Assembly (NCBI RefSeq): GCF_016433145.1
Contig: NC_058131.1
Coordinates: 268,835,573-268,899,572, forward strand
Length of the DNA: 64,000 nt
Direction of reading: 5' to 3'
DNA from: Gracilinanus agilis
Taxonomy: Eukaryota
The position numbers were made by a program, and so were the translations under genes. Below, piece after piece: positions 28,083-39,700 of the stretch (positions are counted from its first letter, which is position 1; the number at the start of each line of letters is the position of its first letter). The notes under the pieces were generated by a model. The model worked only from the letters and a program-made list of their open reading frames with translations. It was not told the DNA's origin and ran no database searches.

Positions 28083-28561
28083 CTAACCAGGAAAGGAGGC
28101 ACAGGGCAAGGGGCAGAAGGGAGGAGAAATATTAGCGGAAGGGATGAGAAAGGAGAGAACACAGAGAAAGTAACCCCCTTGGCCTTTGGGGAATTTGTTC
28201 TATCTGCCCAAACCTCTGCTATCCTTAGAGGTTTGGCAGGTCATATAAGCTCTCTCCCCAACGGGTACAGGCTTCATCCTTCTCTCTGTCCTCTCTCTAG
28301 CCCAGGTAGGCAGGGAGTGGGGAGAAAAGCCAGTAGAAATGACAGGAGGTTTAGTGAGGCTGACCAGAGCTGGGAAGTCACCGGGGCAGGGAGCACAGAA
28401 ATGAACCCTTTTTCTGCCCAGGCTGAGTGGCCAGGAGCAGGTTCCACAGACAGGTCATCTTCTCCAAATCCCTCCAGCCCCCCCATACAGATAAGGAAAT
28501 CTCGACCCAGAGAGGCTGAGTTACTTGCCCAGCGTCACACTGGTAGGAAGCAGCAGAGCAC

Positions 28562-28649
28562 CAGCAGCTGAAGAAATGCTTCCAGCCAGGAGCAGCAGAT
28601 GTGGGATGTTGCCAATCAGTCCTGAGGGAGACTGGGAGTGGGGGAACAT
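28562..28649 (-). CDS. TMEM210: Probable TMEM210 exon 1, 88 nt (MFPHSQSPSGLIGNIPHLLLLAGSISSAA)
   Basis: ATG with G at -3, signal-peptide-like hydrophobic stretch, phase-1 donor CTG|gtgctc compatible with exon 2; an alternative phase-1 donor exists at 28541. Confidence 0.6.
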
Positions 28650-28760
28650 GTCCAGCCCCCAGCTCCAAAGGACAACTCTGGGTAGGCCGAGTAGACGGAA
28701 GGTGCTGACCTCACAGTGGGGGCTCTGAGTTGGTCCAGGGGAGGAGAGGGGGAGGGTCAG

Positions 28761-28768
28761 CTTAAATA
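28761..28768 (-). promoter_or_regulatory. TATA-like box (TATTTAAG) upstream of TMEM210
   Basis: Isolated AT-rich element in a GC-rich context about 112 nt upstream of the putative ATG. Confidence 0.35.
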
Positions 28769-28928
28769 CCTCTCCTCTGGTTCAGGCTCTCTTGCCTGGC
28801 TAATCATCTGAAGCACTAGCCCCAGGAAGTAAGAAGTCTCACCACCGCCTTCCCTACCCAAAAAAGGGATAAGAGGTCCTTATGTGCTTCCTCTATGATG
28901 AATTCGACCTCAGAGGAGGGAGTGTGAA

Positions 28929-29125
28929 GGGACAGCTGGGTAGCACAGTGGATAGAGTACCAGACTAGGAGTCAAGATGAACTGGGCTTAAATATGGCCT
29001 CAGATATCTCCAGGCTATATGACTCTAGACAAGTCACTTAACTCCAAATGCTTAGTCCTTGCTGTCCTTTTGTCTTAGAATTGATACCAAAACAGAAAGT
29101 AAGAGTTTTTAAAAATAAAATAAAA
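28929..29125 (+). mobile_element. Marsupial CORE-SINE
   Basis: gggacagctgggtagcacagtggatagag head, core and A-rich tail. Confidence 0.8.
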
Positions 29126-29694
29126 AGAGAAAGGGAACATGAAGTTCAGGGCAGGTGGGGGGAATAGACTTCATCAGCAACAGCACAGGCCACTCTTCAT
29201 CCCTCATTCCCCAAGTTCTTCTCTGCCCAGCACAGGAGGCATTTCCTCTCCATAAGGCACTAAAGGGAAGGGTACAAGGGCTGCACCCAAGCCAGGGAGA
29301 CACAGTGTACCTGCCTATCCTCCCTGCTTCAAAAGGCCTCTGCTGGGAGCTGCCAAGTCTGAAACAAGAGGACAATTGTGGAGGCTGGGCCCCAGCCAGC
29401 TGGCTGGTAGAAAGAACTGGCTTGGGGAAAGAGATCTGGATGGTAAGAGCCACTCATGTCATGTCACCTCAGAGGAGGGTAGAAAGGAGGAAATATCGAC
29501 AGGAAAAACAAATCCTAACCCGATTAACAGGAATTCTCATTTCATTGAAGATGTGGCAGGGGGTGGGGGTGGGCCGAGTCCTTGGACATTCTGCCCCTCC
29601 CACACAGTCTCTAGAAATTAAAATACTTAAATACTTTAAAGGCTCTGATAATTTCATAACAGCAATAATGTACAGTGACCACCTGGGAATGACT

Positions 29695-30050
29695 TAACTA
29701 TTATCAGTAATGCAAGGATCCAGGGCAACGCCAAGAGCCTCATGACAAAAAAGGTTACCCACTGATCTAGAAGGAACCGACAGCCTGAATGCGGAGTGAA
29801 GCATACCATTCTTTACTTTAGTTCCCCCATGAATTCTTCTCTGACATAAGCGATATGTGTCTTCTTTCACAACATCACGAACATGGAAATATGTATTGTA
29901 TAATAACACACGGACAACCATATCATATTGCCTGCCATCCTGGGGAAGAGGGAAGGGTGGAAGGGAGGGAGAAAACATGGATCAAAAACTGTTAGAAAAT
30001 GATTATTGAAAATTGTACTGACATAAACTGAAGGGAAAAAAACTTTAAAA
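29695..30050 (+). mobile_element. L1 3' UTR fragment
   Basis: Resembles marsupial L1 3' ends (tgaagcataccattcttta..., gggaagagggaagggtggaagggaggga, ends in an A-tract). Confidence 0.6.
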
Positions 30051-30156
30051 AAGAATATTCATTTCATTAAAGCAGGTACTACTTTCACCAATGCAGAATG
30101 CAATCCTTCTATATGACTTAGAATGCAGTCTTTGTGTATTACTAACAATGGACTAC

Positions 30157-30352
30157 TTTTTTTTTTTTAAACCCTCACTTCCCATCTTAGAATCAATACT
30201 GTGTATCGATCTCAAGGCAGAAGAGTGGTAAGGGCTAGGCAATGGGGGTCAAGTGACTTGCCCAGGGTCGTACAGCTAGGAAGTATCTGAGGCCAGATTT
30301 GACCTTCAGCCTCTAGGCCTGGCTCTCAATCCATGAAATGACCTAAATGCCC
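30157..30352 (-). mobile_element. SINE1_Mdo-like SINE
   Basis: poly-T tail, aaaccctcacttcccatcttagaatcaatactgtgtat..., core. Confidence 0.85.
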
Positions 30353-31554
30353 TCTCCAGAACCATTTAAAATAAGTTCACTTTAAGGTCCTCTTAGAATT
30401 GGAAAGGGATCTTTTGGATCACCCAGATTCATGTTGGCAAAGGCATGGCATGTATGCCCAAGCATGTGGAAAGAGGCTGCTCTGTTCCCCCTCTCCACAA
30501 CGCCTGGGGACAATTTTCACATGGCCCGCCCCTCTGCCTAGCAGCCCAGTGTAAGCACTTCCTCCCTCTGCTCTCTGATAATAGGCAGCTTGAAGGTGCA
30601 ATTTGGACATGCAATCTCTAAAAGGTTTGCCAATGCTGATCTAGTCTAATCCTCTTATTTTCCACATGGGGAAATTGAGGCATAAAAAAGTGTTTTGCCC
30701 AAGGTCACATAATATAATAATAATATTTAACATTTATATAGCACTTTCTATATACCAGGCACTATGCAAAGCCCCTTAAAAATATATTTTTGATCCTCAC
30801 AATAACTTTGGGAGGTAGGTGCTATTAATATTTCCATTTTACAAATGAGTAAACCAGGGACAGCTAATTAGCCCAGTGGAGAGAGCACCAGGTTTAGAGT
30901 CAAAAGTCCTAAGTTCAAATCTGGCCTCAAATACTTCCTAGCTGTGTGACCCTGGGCAAGTCACTTATCATCCACTGCCTAGCCCTTACCACTCTTTTGT
31001 GGTGTGATACTCAGTATCAATTAGTTTAGAATGTAAAGTTAAATTTAAAAGAGTAAACTGAGGCAAGTGGAAGTTAAGTGATTTGCATAGCCATACAACT
31101 AATAAATATCTGAGACTAGATTTGAATGAAGGTCTTCCTGACTCTGGCTCAGGCATTCTCTTCGCTGTACCACCAAGGTGCCCCTAGTTAGGAACAGAAT
31201 CTGGGTTTTCCATCCCCCAGTTATCTTCCCTAAAGAATACTATTCTTCAGCTGCTCTTCTGCTCAGCTGCCTTGCAGCTGACTCAACTGAGGAATTTGTT
31301 TTTTGTTTTTTTCTAAAATCCTTATCTTCCGTCTTAGATTCAATACTATGTGTTGATTCTAAGGCAGAAGAGCGGTAAGGGCTAGGCAGTGGGGATTAAG
31401 TGACTTGCCCAAGATTCTAGGATGGAAGATAACGTTTTTATAAAAAAGAGAGAAGGCTATTACACACCCAGAGCCCAAAGCCCTGAGTGTAGTTGCCCAG
31501 AGCATCGACTCAGTCTCCTAATCTAGACAGCAGAGCAAGGGTTACTAAGAAGGG

Positions 31555-32152
31555 TGTGAATATGAAATTCCCTACCCCACTTTATGATTACATCAATATC
31601 AGCAGGTTTTCCAAAATTGTTATTTTGTTATATTAGATTAGCAGTTTTCCCTAGCTTAGTTATTCTGTGATCATAGATCTTAAACTTTTCTAAAAATAAT
31701 CAAGATATAATTCTATCTGAATAATGTAAGCCTTTTTGTGTAAACATAATTCTGAAAGAATTTATTTCTAAAATCACACATAGAGCTTTCTTTCACTTCT
31801 CCTCTTGTCTCTATTATATAAAGTTGTGGTTCAAGCAGACCCATGTCATCTGATTTCACTTGATGCCTGAGAGAGAGATCTAACCCTTTGGGGAACTCTA
31901 TAGCTGATCCATGAGGAGCTATGAATATATCTAAGTCTTGGGAAACTATAATCATGTATGATAAAAATTATTGTAACTTTAGTATACGTGTTTGGGCATA
32001 TAAGGAGGCCACTCACAAGGCTCAGGGTCTTCAGTTGCCAACCAGAGTCCGGCTTTATTGTGAGACCGGCCCTTTCTCTATAAATCTATTTCTTTTTGGC
32101 TTGGAGACTTTGTTTTACTTTTTGGCATCTCTGCTAATAAATTTTCACCACA
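31555..32152 (+). mobile_element. Solo ERV LTR (598 bp)
   Basis: TGTG...CACA termini, flanking aaggg/aaggc (TSD-like), internal TATAAG at 31999 and AATAAA at 32136. Confidence 0.75.
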
Positions 32153-32199
32153 AAGGCCTAATCCCAGACTCAGATTGTAGAGCACTCAGCTGGGCCAGT

Positions 32200-35100
32200 A
32201 GCCCTGGATAGCTCAGAGCTGGAAGAATCACTGGAAGAATGAGTTTTAAAAAAATAAGGATATCAGGAATGCCCAAGATGCAGAACCCAAAGAGAAGAAT
32301 AATTCCAAATAAGCTGTAAGTAAAGCATCATAGAAAAACAGACCTTAGCCAGGAGATCAATTAAAATTTCTAGGGAAAAAAAAACAATAAAAGCTTTTTT
32401 TAAAAATTTAAAACATTATATATGAAATGAGAGTGATAGAAGAAAGAATCAGAAATGAAAACTATAGAGAAGAAACTTGGAAAGAATTATCAGCTTAGCA
32501 CAATTAGTACAAAAGCTTTCTCAAGTAACAGACTTTCTGAGAATCAGAAGGAACCAAAGAAGAGTTAATGACTCCATGAGACAACAAGGAAATATTAGAA
32601 AAAAGTGAAAAAAAATTTTAATATTAGAAAATGTAAGATTTTTCATATTAAAAAAACTGACCTAGGAAACAAAGCAAGAGATAATTTAGGAATCAATGGA
32701 CTACCTGAAAGCCATGACCAAAAAATGATCTTAGATAACATATTTCAAGAAATCATGAAAGAAAATGGCCCACATTTCTCAGAATCAGAGGGCAAAGTAA
32801 AAATAGCATCCAGTAAATAATTTCAAGAAAGAAATAGCCAAAATGAAAAGATAAAATCCAAAAACCAGAGCTTCCAAGTTGAAGAAAAAATACAAGTACT
32901 GAGGAAAAAAAAAATTCAAGTACTAAGAAATCATATTCAGCATCACACAAGATGTATTAGCTACCACAATAAAGAAGTGGAGAGCAATGAATACATTATT
33001 AAAAAGATAAAACATATAGACTTAAAACCAATAATAACTTATACAGCAAAACTAAGTAGAGAAAAAAGAAGATCTTTAATGAAGTGATCTTCTAAGCATT
33101 CCTGAGAAAGAGACTAGTGCAAAGTAGAAACTTGAAATTGGATCATGAGCATAAAGAAAAACATAAAAAGATAAATACAAATGAGTAATCAGAAAAGACT
33201 TTGTAAAGCTAAACTAAATGCAATCTAATAGGAAGGGTTGGAGGGTAGAATGATATTACAAACATCTCTTAAAACCCATAATGTCAGGAATAATAGAGAG
33301 AAACAATTAGAATGGAAGACCTGCCAGTGATTTTTATTATGTCTTGATATTCTTAAAAGGGAGGAAGGGAAAGGATACACTAGAGAAGAGAAGGGGAGAA
33401 ATGAGGAAGTACTTATTCTCTCATATAATTACGGGCACAAGTCTACGTATAAACAAGGAAGGGGTGATGAGATGAGTAATTTGAACCTCACTTCCTTTTG
33501 AACTGGTGAAAGGTGGGTGAAAAACATACAAACACACACACACGCACATACATAGTTTGGTGTAGAAATACATTTAACTCAGCACAGAAAAATAGAAAGA
33601 AATTGGGAGAAGTGAAAGAGAAGGATAAGAACATAACAAAAGAGAGGGATTATAAGCAAACCAAACACTAAATTTAGAGCAGGGATTGTAAAGAGAAGTT
33701 TTTTAAAAGAAAAAAAAAAGATGTGATTTGGGTTTAGGTGAAGAGAGAAGACAGCAAGGGAGAGGCAAGAGCACTGATGCTAAACACACTCCTAATTCAG
33801 GCCCCTCTTCTTCTATGTAAAGAGGAGATGAAGAGCAAAGAAAAGAAAGAGAGAACAGGATGGAGGGAAATCTATACAATTTTAAGGTTTTTACACAAAT
33901 ACAATATGGCTAAGACTAGAAGGAAAATAGTTAAATGGACAGAAAAAGTCTTCATGAAAGGTTTCTCTGAGAGAGTTCAGTTCCCAGATATAGAAGGGAC
34001 TGATTCCAGTTTATAAGAATAAGAGTCATTCCCCAATTAATCGATGGTCAAAGGTTATGAACAACCCAAGGAGAGAAAAGAAAGAGGAAAAGGTCTTAAA
34101 ACTACAAAAGTATTCACAACTGCTTTGGTCCAAGTATTACTCTTCAATTTTGTGATTGTGACCTTTTAAACATCTTTTTATACCTACCAGTGCCTGGTAC
34201 AATTCTTTTCGAGTGGGTAATTAATAAAAGATTATTGAATTAAAATGAGTTTATTTTAAAGATGAAAAACTGAGGCAAACAGGGTTAAATGACTTGCCCA
34301 GAGTCACAAAGCTAGTATCTGAGCCCAGGTTTGAACTCGGGAAGACAAGTGTTCCTGACTCCAGGCCCATCACTCTATCAATTGTGTTACTTAGCTGTCA
34401 AAGTCTATAGAAACATTTTACTCAATAAAAAAATAGCAAGGAAAGAGGAAGGAGTATTAGAGAAGGTTGATTAAGAGAAGAATTAGTCCAAAGAAAAATA
34501 AACTCTAACAAAGGATGTTCAAAAATATAGATCTTTTTTGAGGTGACAAATAATTAAAATCTGAGGGGGTACCCATTAATTAGGGAATGGATGAGCACAT
34601 TTTGGAATATAAATGTGATGGAATACTATTGTACTATGAATGATGAAAGGATGGTTTCCAAAGAAATTTCAGGAAACTTGTATGAACTGATGCAGAGTGA
34701 AGTGAACAGAACCAAGAGAACAATTTATAAAGTCTTTGAAAGACTTAGGGACTCTGATCAGTATAATAACCAACCATAATTCCAGAGGACTAACTTTTGA
34801 AATATGCTACCCACCACCTAACAAGTGAAGGACTCAGTACAGAATGAGATATATGTATACAGATATATAATATATATGATTTATATATACATGTCCCATT
34901 CCATACTCTGAATACATTCTGTATGTATATATGTATATATACACACACACAAAATGTATTATATATATTCTTTTAGATATAGCTAATGCAGACATTTGTA
35001 AATGTTTATAACAAAGATTTTGTCTATTTTTCAGTCTCAACTGGTGGTGGAGGAAGAAGAGGATGGATTTTTGTGGACTGAAAAGAATAAAACAAAAAAA

Positions 35101-35340
35101 AAAACAGAAGAGATGAGAAAATATCTCCATTTCTTTGCAGAGGTAAGAAGTCCACACATGTGACACATTGTACACATTCAGACTCTTCTGATGTGATCAG
35201 TTATGCTGATTTTTTCCTGTTCTTTTTATCTTTAAAAATATTTGTTATATGAGATGGCTCTCTTGGAAGGGGCAAGATAGGGATACTGGAGGAAATTATG
35301 GTAAAAAAAAAAAGAACAATAAAATTTTATTTAAAAAAAA
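32200..35340 (+). mobile_element. Degraded L1 LINE: ORF1-like 5' part and ORF2-end/3' UTR part, interrupted by a SINE at about 34250-34400
   Basis: A-rich sequence; ctacctgaaagccatgaccaaaaa...tttcaagaaatcatgaaagaaaa (ORF1-like); tgtgatggaatactattgt...tatgaactgatgcagagtgaagtga...agaaccaagagaaca (ORF2 end). Confidence 0.8.
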
Positions 35341-36224
35341 ACACAAGAGGTGTCCTTACAGCATGTAGGTAATTGACTACAGGTAAAAAGCAAGAGAAAT
35401 CAATAATCTAAAAGAAAACACTACTGACTTTAAAGCAAAGTCCACAGCTGAATTTTAGCAAGCTTCTTTATAAGCTCATTTTATGATATTCTTATGCTCA
35501 AATTTGCTTGTAAAAGTAGCTTTCTGCCTTACAGAACAAACCTAGACTGAAGGACAAAGATTGAATCTGTCCTGCTGCAAAACGCCTCAACTAGGGCCTG
35601 AGGTCACTGAAGGCACCACAACACAAGGAAGAATCTGAGCTAAGCTGTTCAACCCTAAGTATTTTATGTGGGAAATAAAAACTCTACTACAGTAATGCAT
35701 TTCTCGGGAAAGTGTGATGGACACCTCTAGGGAAGATTCCCTTTATTCTGTGACCCTATGAAATCCTGGTTGTAGTCAGAACCCCTCAATCTCCAATTAG
35801 GAGGATGTGACTACCTGTGGGAAGGTAACAAGTGGGTAGAGGTGAGGGTGGATGAGGGGGACAGGGTACCTTAACTCCTATGCATCCTCCTAGAAAACCA
35901 TAAGTGTGGAAAGTAGTGAAATTGTGATTTCTTTGCTCCACACCTTAAAAGTTCTACCCATTGACCTTCCCACTTAAGAATGTGCCTGGCCCACTCAGTA
36001 TCTCATCTGATCATGACCTAGATTGAACCTCATTCCCAATGAGCAGGGTCTAGCCCAGGTATAGAAGAAGGTGCATCACAAATCTGCGGCTGGAATCTGA
36101 AGGGGAAATGCAGAAGAAGGAAGTGCTTAGCACCAGGAAGGGTTTCCACTTGCTTAGTCCCCACACTGTCCCAGATCAAAAACCACCACAGAAAATAGAG
36201 AAATGATTAAAAAGCCAATGTGCC

Positions 36225-36230
36225 TTTAAT
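36225..36230 (-). terminator. Probable ANAPC2 poly(A) signal (ATTAAA)
   Basis: First poly(A) hexamer I found, about 285 nt after the stop, followed by a U-rich stretch; a distal AATAAA lies at 35742-35747. Confidence 0.55.
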
Positions 36231-36514
36231 GAGCAACAAAAGAATATTGAATTAATTCTGGGAATAGTAGAAAAGGAATGAATGTGAGGTGGCATATCAG
36301 AGGAATGGGGAAGGGAACGACAACACATGCTTTCTGTCCCTGACATCATGGAAAGCAGAAAAGCCCAGAGAGAAAGGCTGGGTTGGCCAGATCCTGTTCT
36401 CATAGCAGTCGTAGAGTGACCCTGGACTCTGGTCAGGCTCCAGCTTGCCCCTCACCATGACTCCACAGGCCCCTCACAAGTACCAAGATGATAAAGCTGA
36501 AGTTTTGCTTCTTG

Positions 36515-36727
36515 TCAACTGCAGCTTTTGGGAAGGCGGTAGACACCCCCAGAGTAAATGAGTTGTTGGTCTCGAACTTTCTTTTGCAAAAACCCTTGTA
36601 ACTCCTGCAGATCTATCTCAGTCACCACTGGGCCCGTCATCACAAACATTTTAAGCATGCTGTGGATGCGCTCCAGAGACAAGCTCTCCAAGTTGGTCAG
36701 CATGGCCTGAATGTATGTCCAGAATAA
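36515..36727 (-). CDS. ANAPC2: ANAPC2 exon 13, WHB domain (LFWTYIQAMLTNLESLSLERIHSMLKMF...RLPKSCS*)
   Basis: ttctatag|T acceptor; TGA at 36517-36515. Confidence 0.97.
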   Translation of the reverse strand, partial: LFWTYIQAMLTNLESLSLERIHSMLKMFVMTGPVVTEIDLQELQGFLQKKVRDQQLIYSGGVYRLPKSCS

Positions 36728-39700
36728 CTATAGAAGAAAGAAAGCAAGAGAATGAGTCAAGATGTATCCAACTGTCTTCTCCCCACTCCTAACCTGCCTA
36801 GAGTTCAGCAGACTCAAGACCACTCTTACAGCTCATAGATGTGGGAGACAGGGTACCACCCAAAATCACAGTGGCTCTGCTACCATCCAAACAACCTCTT
36901 CCTCTGTGTCTCCAATTATTCATTAGTAAACAGATAATGGCCTTTCCTGTCGCCCCAGGCCAATCTGATTACAAGGACCAGCTGAGGCTGATTCCTCATA
37001 TTCTCTAAACTAAGCATCCCATTTCCTCCCTAGGGGCAGCTGCTTCACATGGTCCAGAGCATCTTTGTGAATCTCCACGAGGTCTCCTTCTTATGAAATC
37101 TTTGAAAATGAGCCAAGAAGAGGAATTCCTGAGGTACCTACAAATTAGAGTTTGAAAATTTCCATTTTGGCCAGGTCCAAGGACCAAAGAACAAAAAGAA
37201 TCCATATTATGGACCCATAAAATGCTAAACTTCCTAGAAAGCTTGTAGTCCAGCCTCCTCAGTTTATAGAAACAAAGGCTCTAAGAAGGGAATTACAATT
37301 CTGCTGCTGTGCCTGTTCTCTCCTGACCTTCATTTTGGGGAGGGCAGAAGATACCATCTTTGCACTCAACCAGGAGACTGGAACCCAGCTCCTGCCTGGT
37401 CCCCCATGGTGATCCAGACCCTCAGGAGGCTCTCCCTTCATATCCCTGGGGGAGTGGGATCACTGGGGACTCACCTGTAGCTCCTCTTCCTTTTGGTCAG
37501 CCTGAGAGGCCATGGCCGAGTCACCCTCCTCATCGCTGTCAAGGAGCACCACCTTGTCTGCCCGGTCCCTGGGCTGCTCTTCCTCTATCACAGAGAAGGT
37601 ACCTGGAGGTTCTTCACGAAGCACCCCCTGCTGTAGCCACAGAGCCATCTTGCGGCGCAGGGAAGCCACTGGCACCTTCAGCACCTCACTTAGCTCCTCC
37701 AGGGACCAGCTGCCTGAGATTAAAGTGAGGCATGAGACAATGGTGATCAGTACTATCATGGACCTTAAACCAAGAGGGACAATGGCTTAACCATTGCCCT
37801 GCATTATCTGACTAGTATTGTACTATCCACTTCAGGTCTGTCTCTGAGCCCAGGGCTCTTGCTCCAGGAGAAAGAAGGGGGACCAAGGCCTTTTTCTGAC
37901 TTTAAGAGTATGTTTGTCAGCAAAGGTAGAAAAGGTAGAACCCCAGCAATTGCTCTTTTCCTTGGGGAAGTCCCAGATATCCAATGGGACTCCCCAGCCA
38001 CCCTCCTCCAGGGATACAGTCCTGCCAGACCCAGTGATACCAAAAGCTAAACAGCAGGAGAAAATAAGGAAAAGTTGGACTGGATCCGGGGGATAGATGC
38101 CCATAATCTGACCTATACAATATGGATCATGGACTGTTCCAGAATCCAAGCCCCAAAGAAGAGAATGCCGAGATCATAAAAGGTGAATATTAATACTCTG
38201 CTCTGTGTAAGAGCTGATACTTGGAACATACCCCCAAAATGAGCCTGAGCACTAGTGACCAAAAGTTCCTAGGTAGGTCTACTGGTCTGGCAAACTCAGA
38301 CGAACAATGAATTCCCAGCTCAGTAACCTAAGCCCCTCACTGAGAGAATACAGAGCAGCATCCAGACTGCAGGCTGAGGGTAGGGAATGCACGAGGCAGG
38401 ACGAATCTTACTTTTACTCTGGAAATGCAACAGGACAGCAGCATGTACTGGAGACACTGACAAGGAAAGGGTCCGATCAGCCAGCTCCACATCTAAAGTC
38501 ACCAGGCCCAAGTGGTGTTTCCAGCTCAGGGTCCTCATAGCCTGAGCAGAGACAGAAGAATCAGTGGAGGGTCCCGGAGCTCCTGGATTTGTTTAGAGAG
38601 GAGCCATGGGCCCTCAATTTAGCTTCAGTGATTTGGTGAAGTGGTCCTAAATCTGTACCCTTTCTATTTAGGCCAGGGTATTAGGTAAGGAAAGGAAAAG
38701 AAGGTAGGAAAGGGATGGCCATGGCCCACCAACCAGCCACAGTCCTGCTCCTCTTCTACAATCCAGCAGTTTGTGTCTCAACAACTAAGGATTAGAAGAA
38801 ATTGAATAAATAGTGATAAATCCTCGGGATGGTCTAAATCAAAGAGACCAAAAATACTTGTGAAAAAAATCACCAGAACCAGATGGCTTCACAAAAATTT
38901 CGAAGGAATTCAGGGATGAAGCTGATGAACTATCGGACAAAGCATATAACCTGTCATGGTACATGGCAAAGATGCCCAAGGTTTGGAATATTGCTAATAT
39001 GATCTCCCTTAGGGCTCCAGAAGGTCTCCTAGAAACTAGAAACTGATGAGTCTGGTAAGCCCTATAGTAGAGGGCAGATTCAACCAAATACTTAAGACAA
39101 CCTATATGGTGAAAGAGAAAGAAATCACCTCTGGCTTCTAGTTTAGGAGAGGATAAAAAAAACATTCAGGCAAGGGGAAAACAATGGATTTTGATAAGGT
39201 AGGACACCAAATAAAATTATAAAATGTAATTTAAAATGCTACAAACATTTTCTAAAGTTACAAAGAATGAACTTGGACCTGTTTGGTAGAGTAATTCTGT
39301 ATTACTCTAATTAAAAGGTTTTCCTTTAAATATTAGCATAGGATTTAGAGGTTGAAGGGATCCAGGAGATCATCTCCTTCTAAACTCCTTGTTTTACCGA
39401 TGATGAAACCGAAGGGTGCAGGGGAAGTGACAAAGTAGCAAAGCCTAAATGTGAAGAATACACAAAGGGAAAGACAATTTCATTCAATAGGGAGCAAACA
39501 CTGAATGATACATTTGGGGTGAGACAAGCTACAAAAAAAAAATAAACATTGCAAGTTATTATTAGAGGTAGAAGACTAAAAAAAAATAGATAAAAGCAGA
39601 CTTTTTTCTGTTTTTCAGGGGAAGTTTTCAGAGATTTTAAGCATAAAATCTGAAGGTTCCTGAACATATGAGGGTTGATACTCAAGGTATATTAAAACAA

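Noticed and set aside
29155-29697. 180-aa + strand ORF upstream of TMEM210
   Set aside because: Non-ATG start, no recognisable domain, no splice context, and sits between a SINE and an L1 fragment
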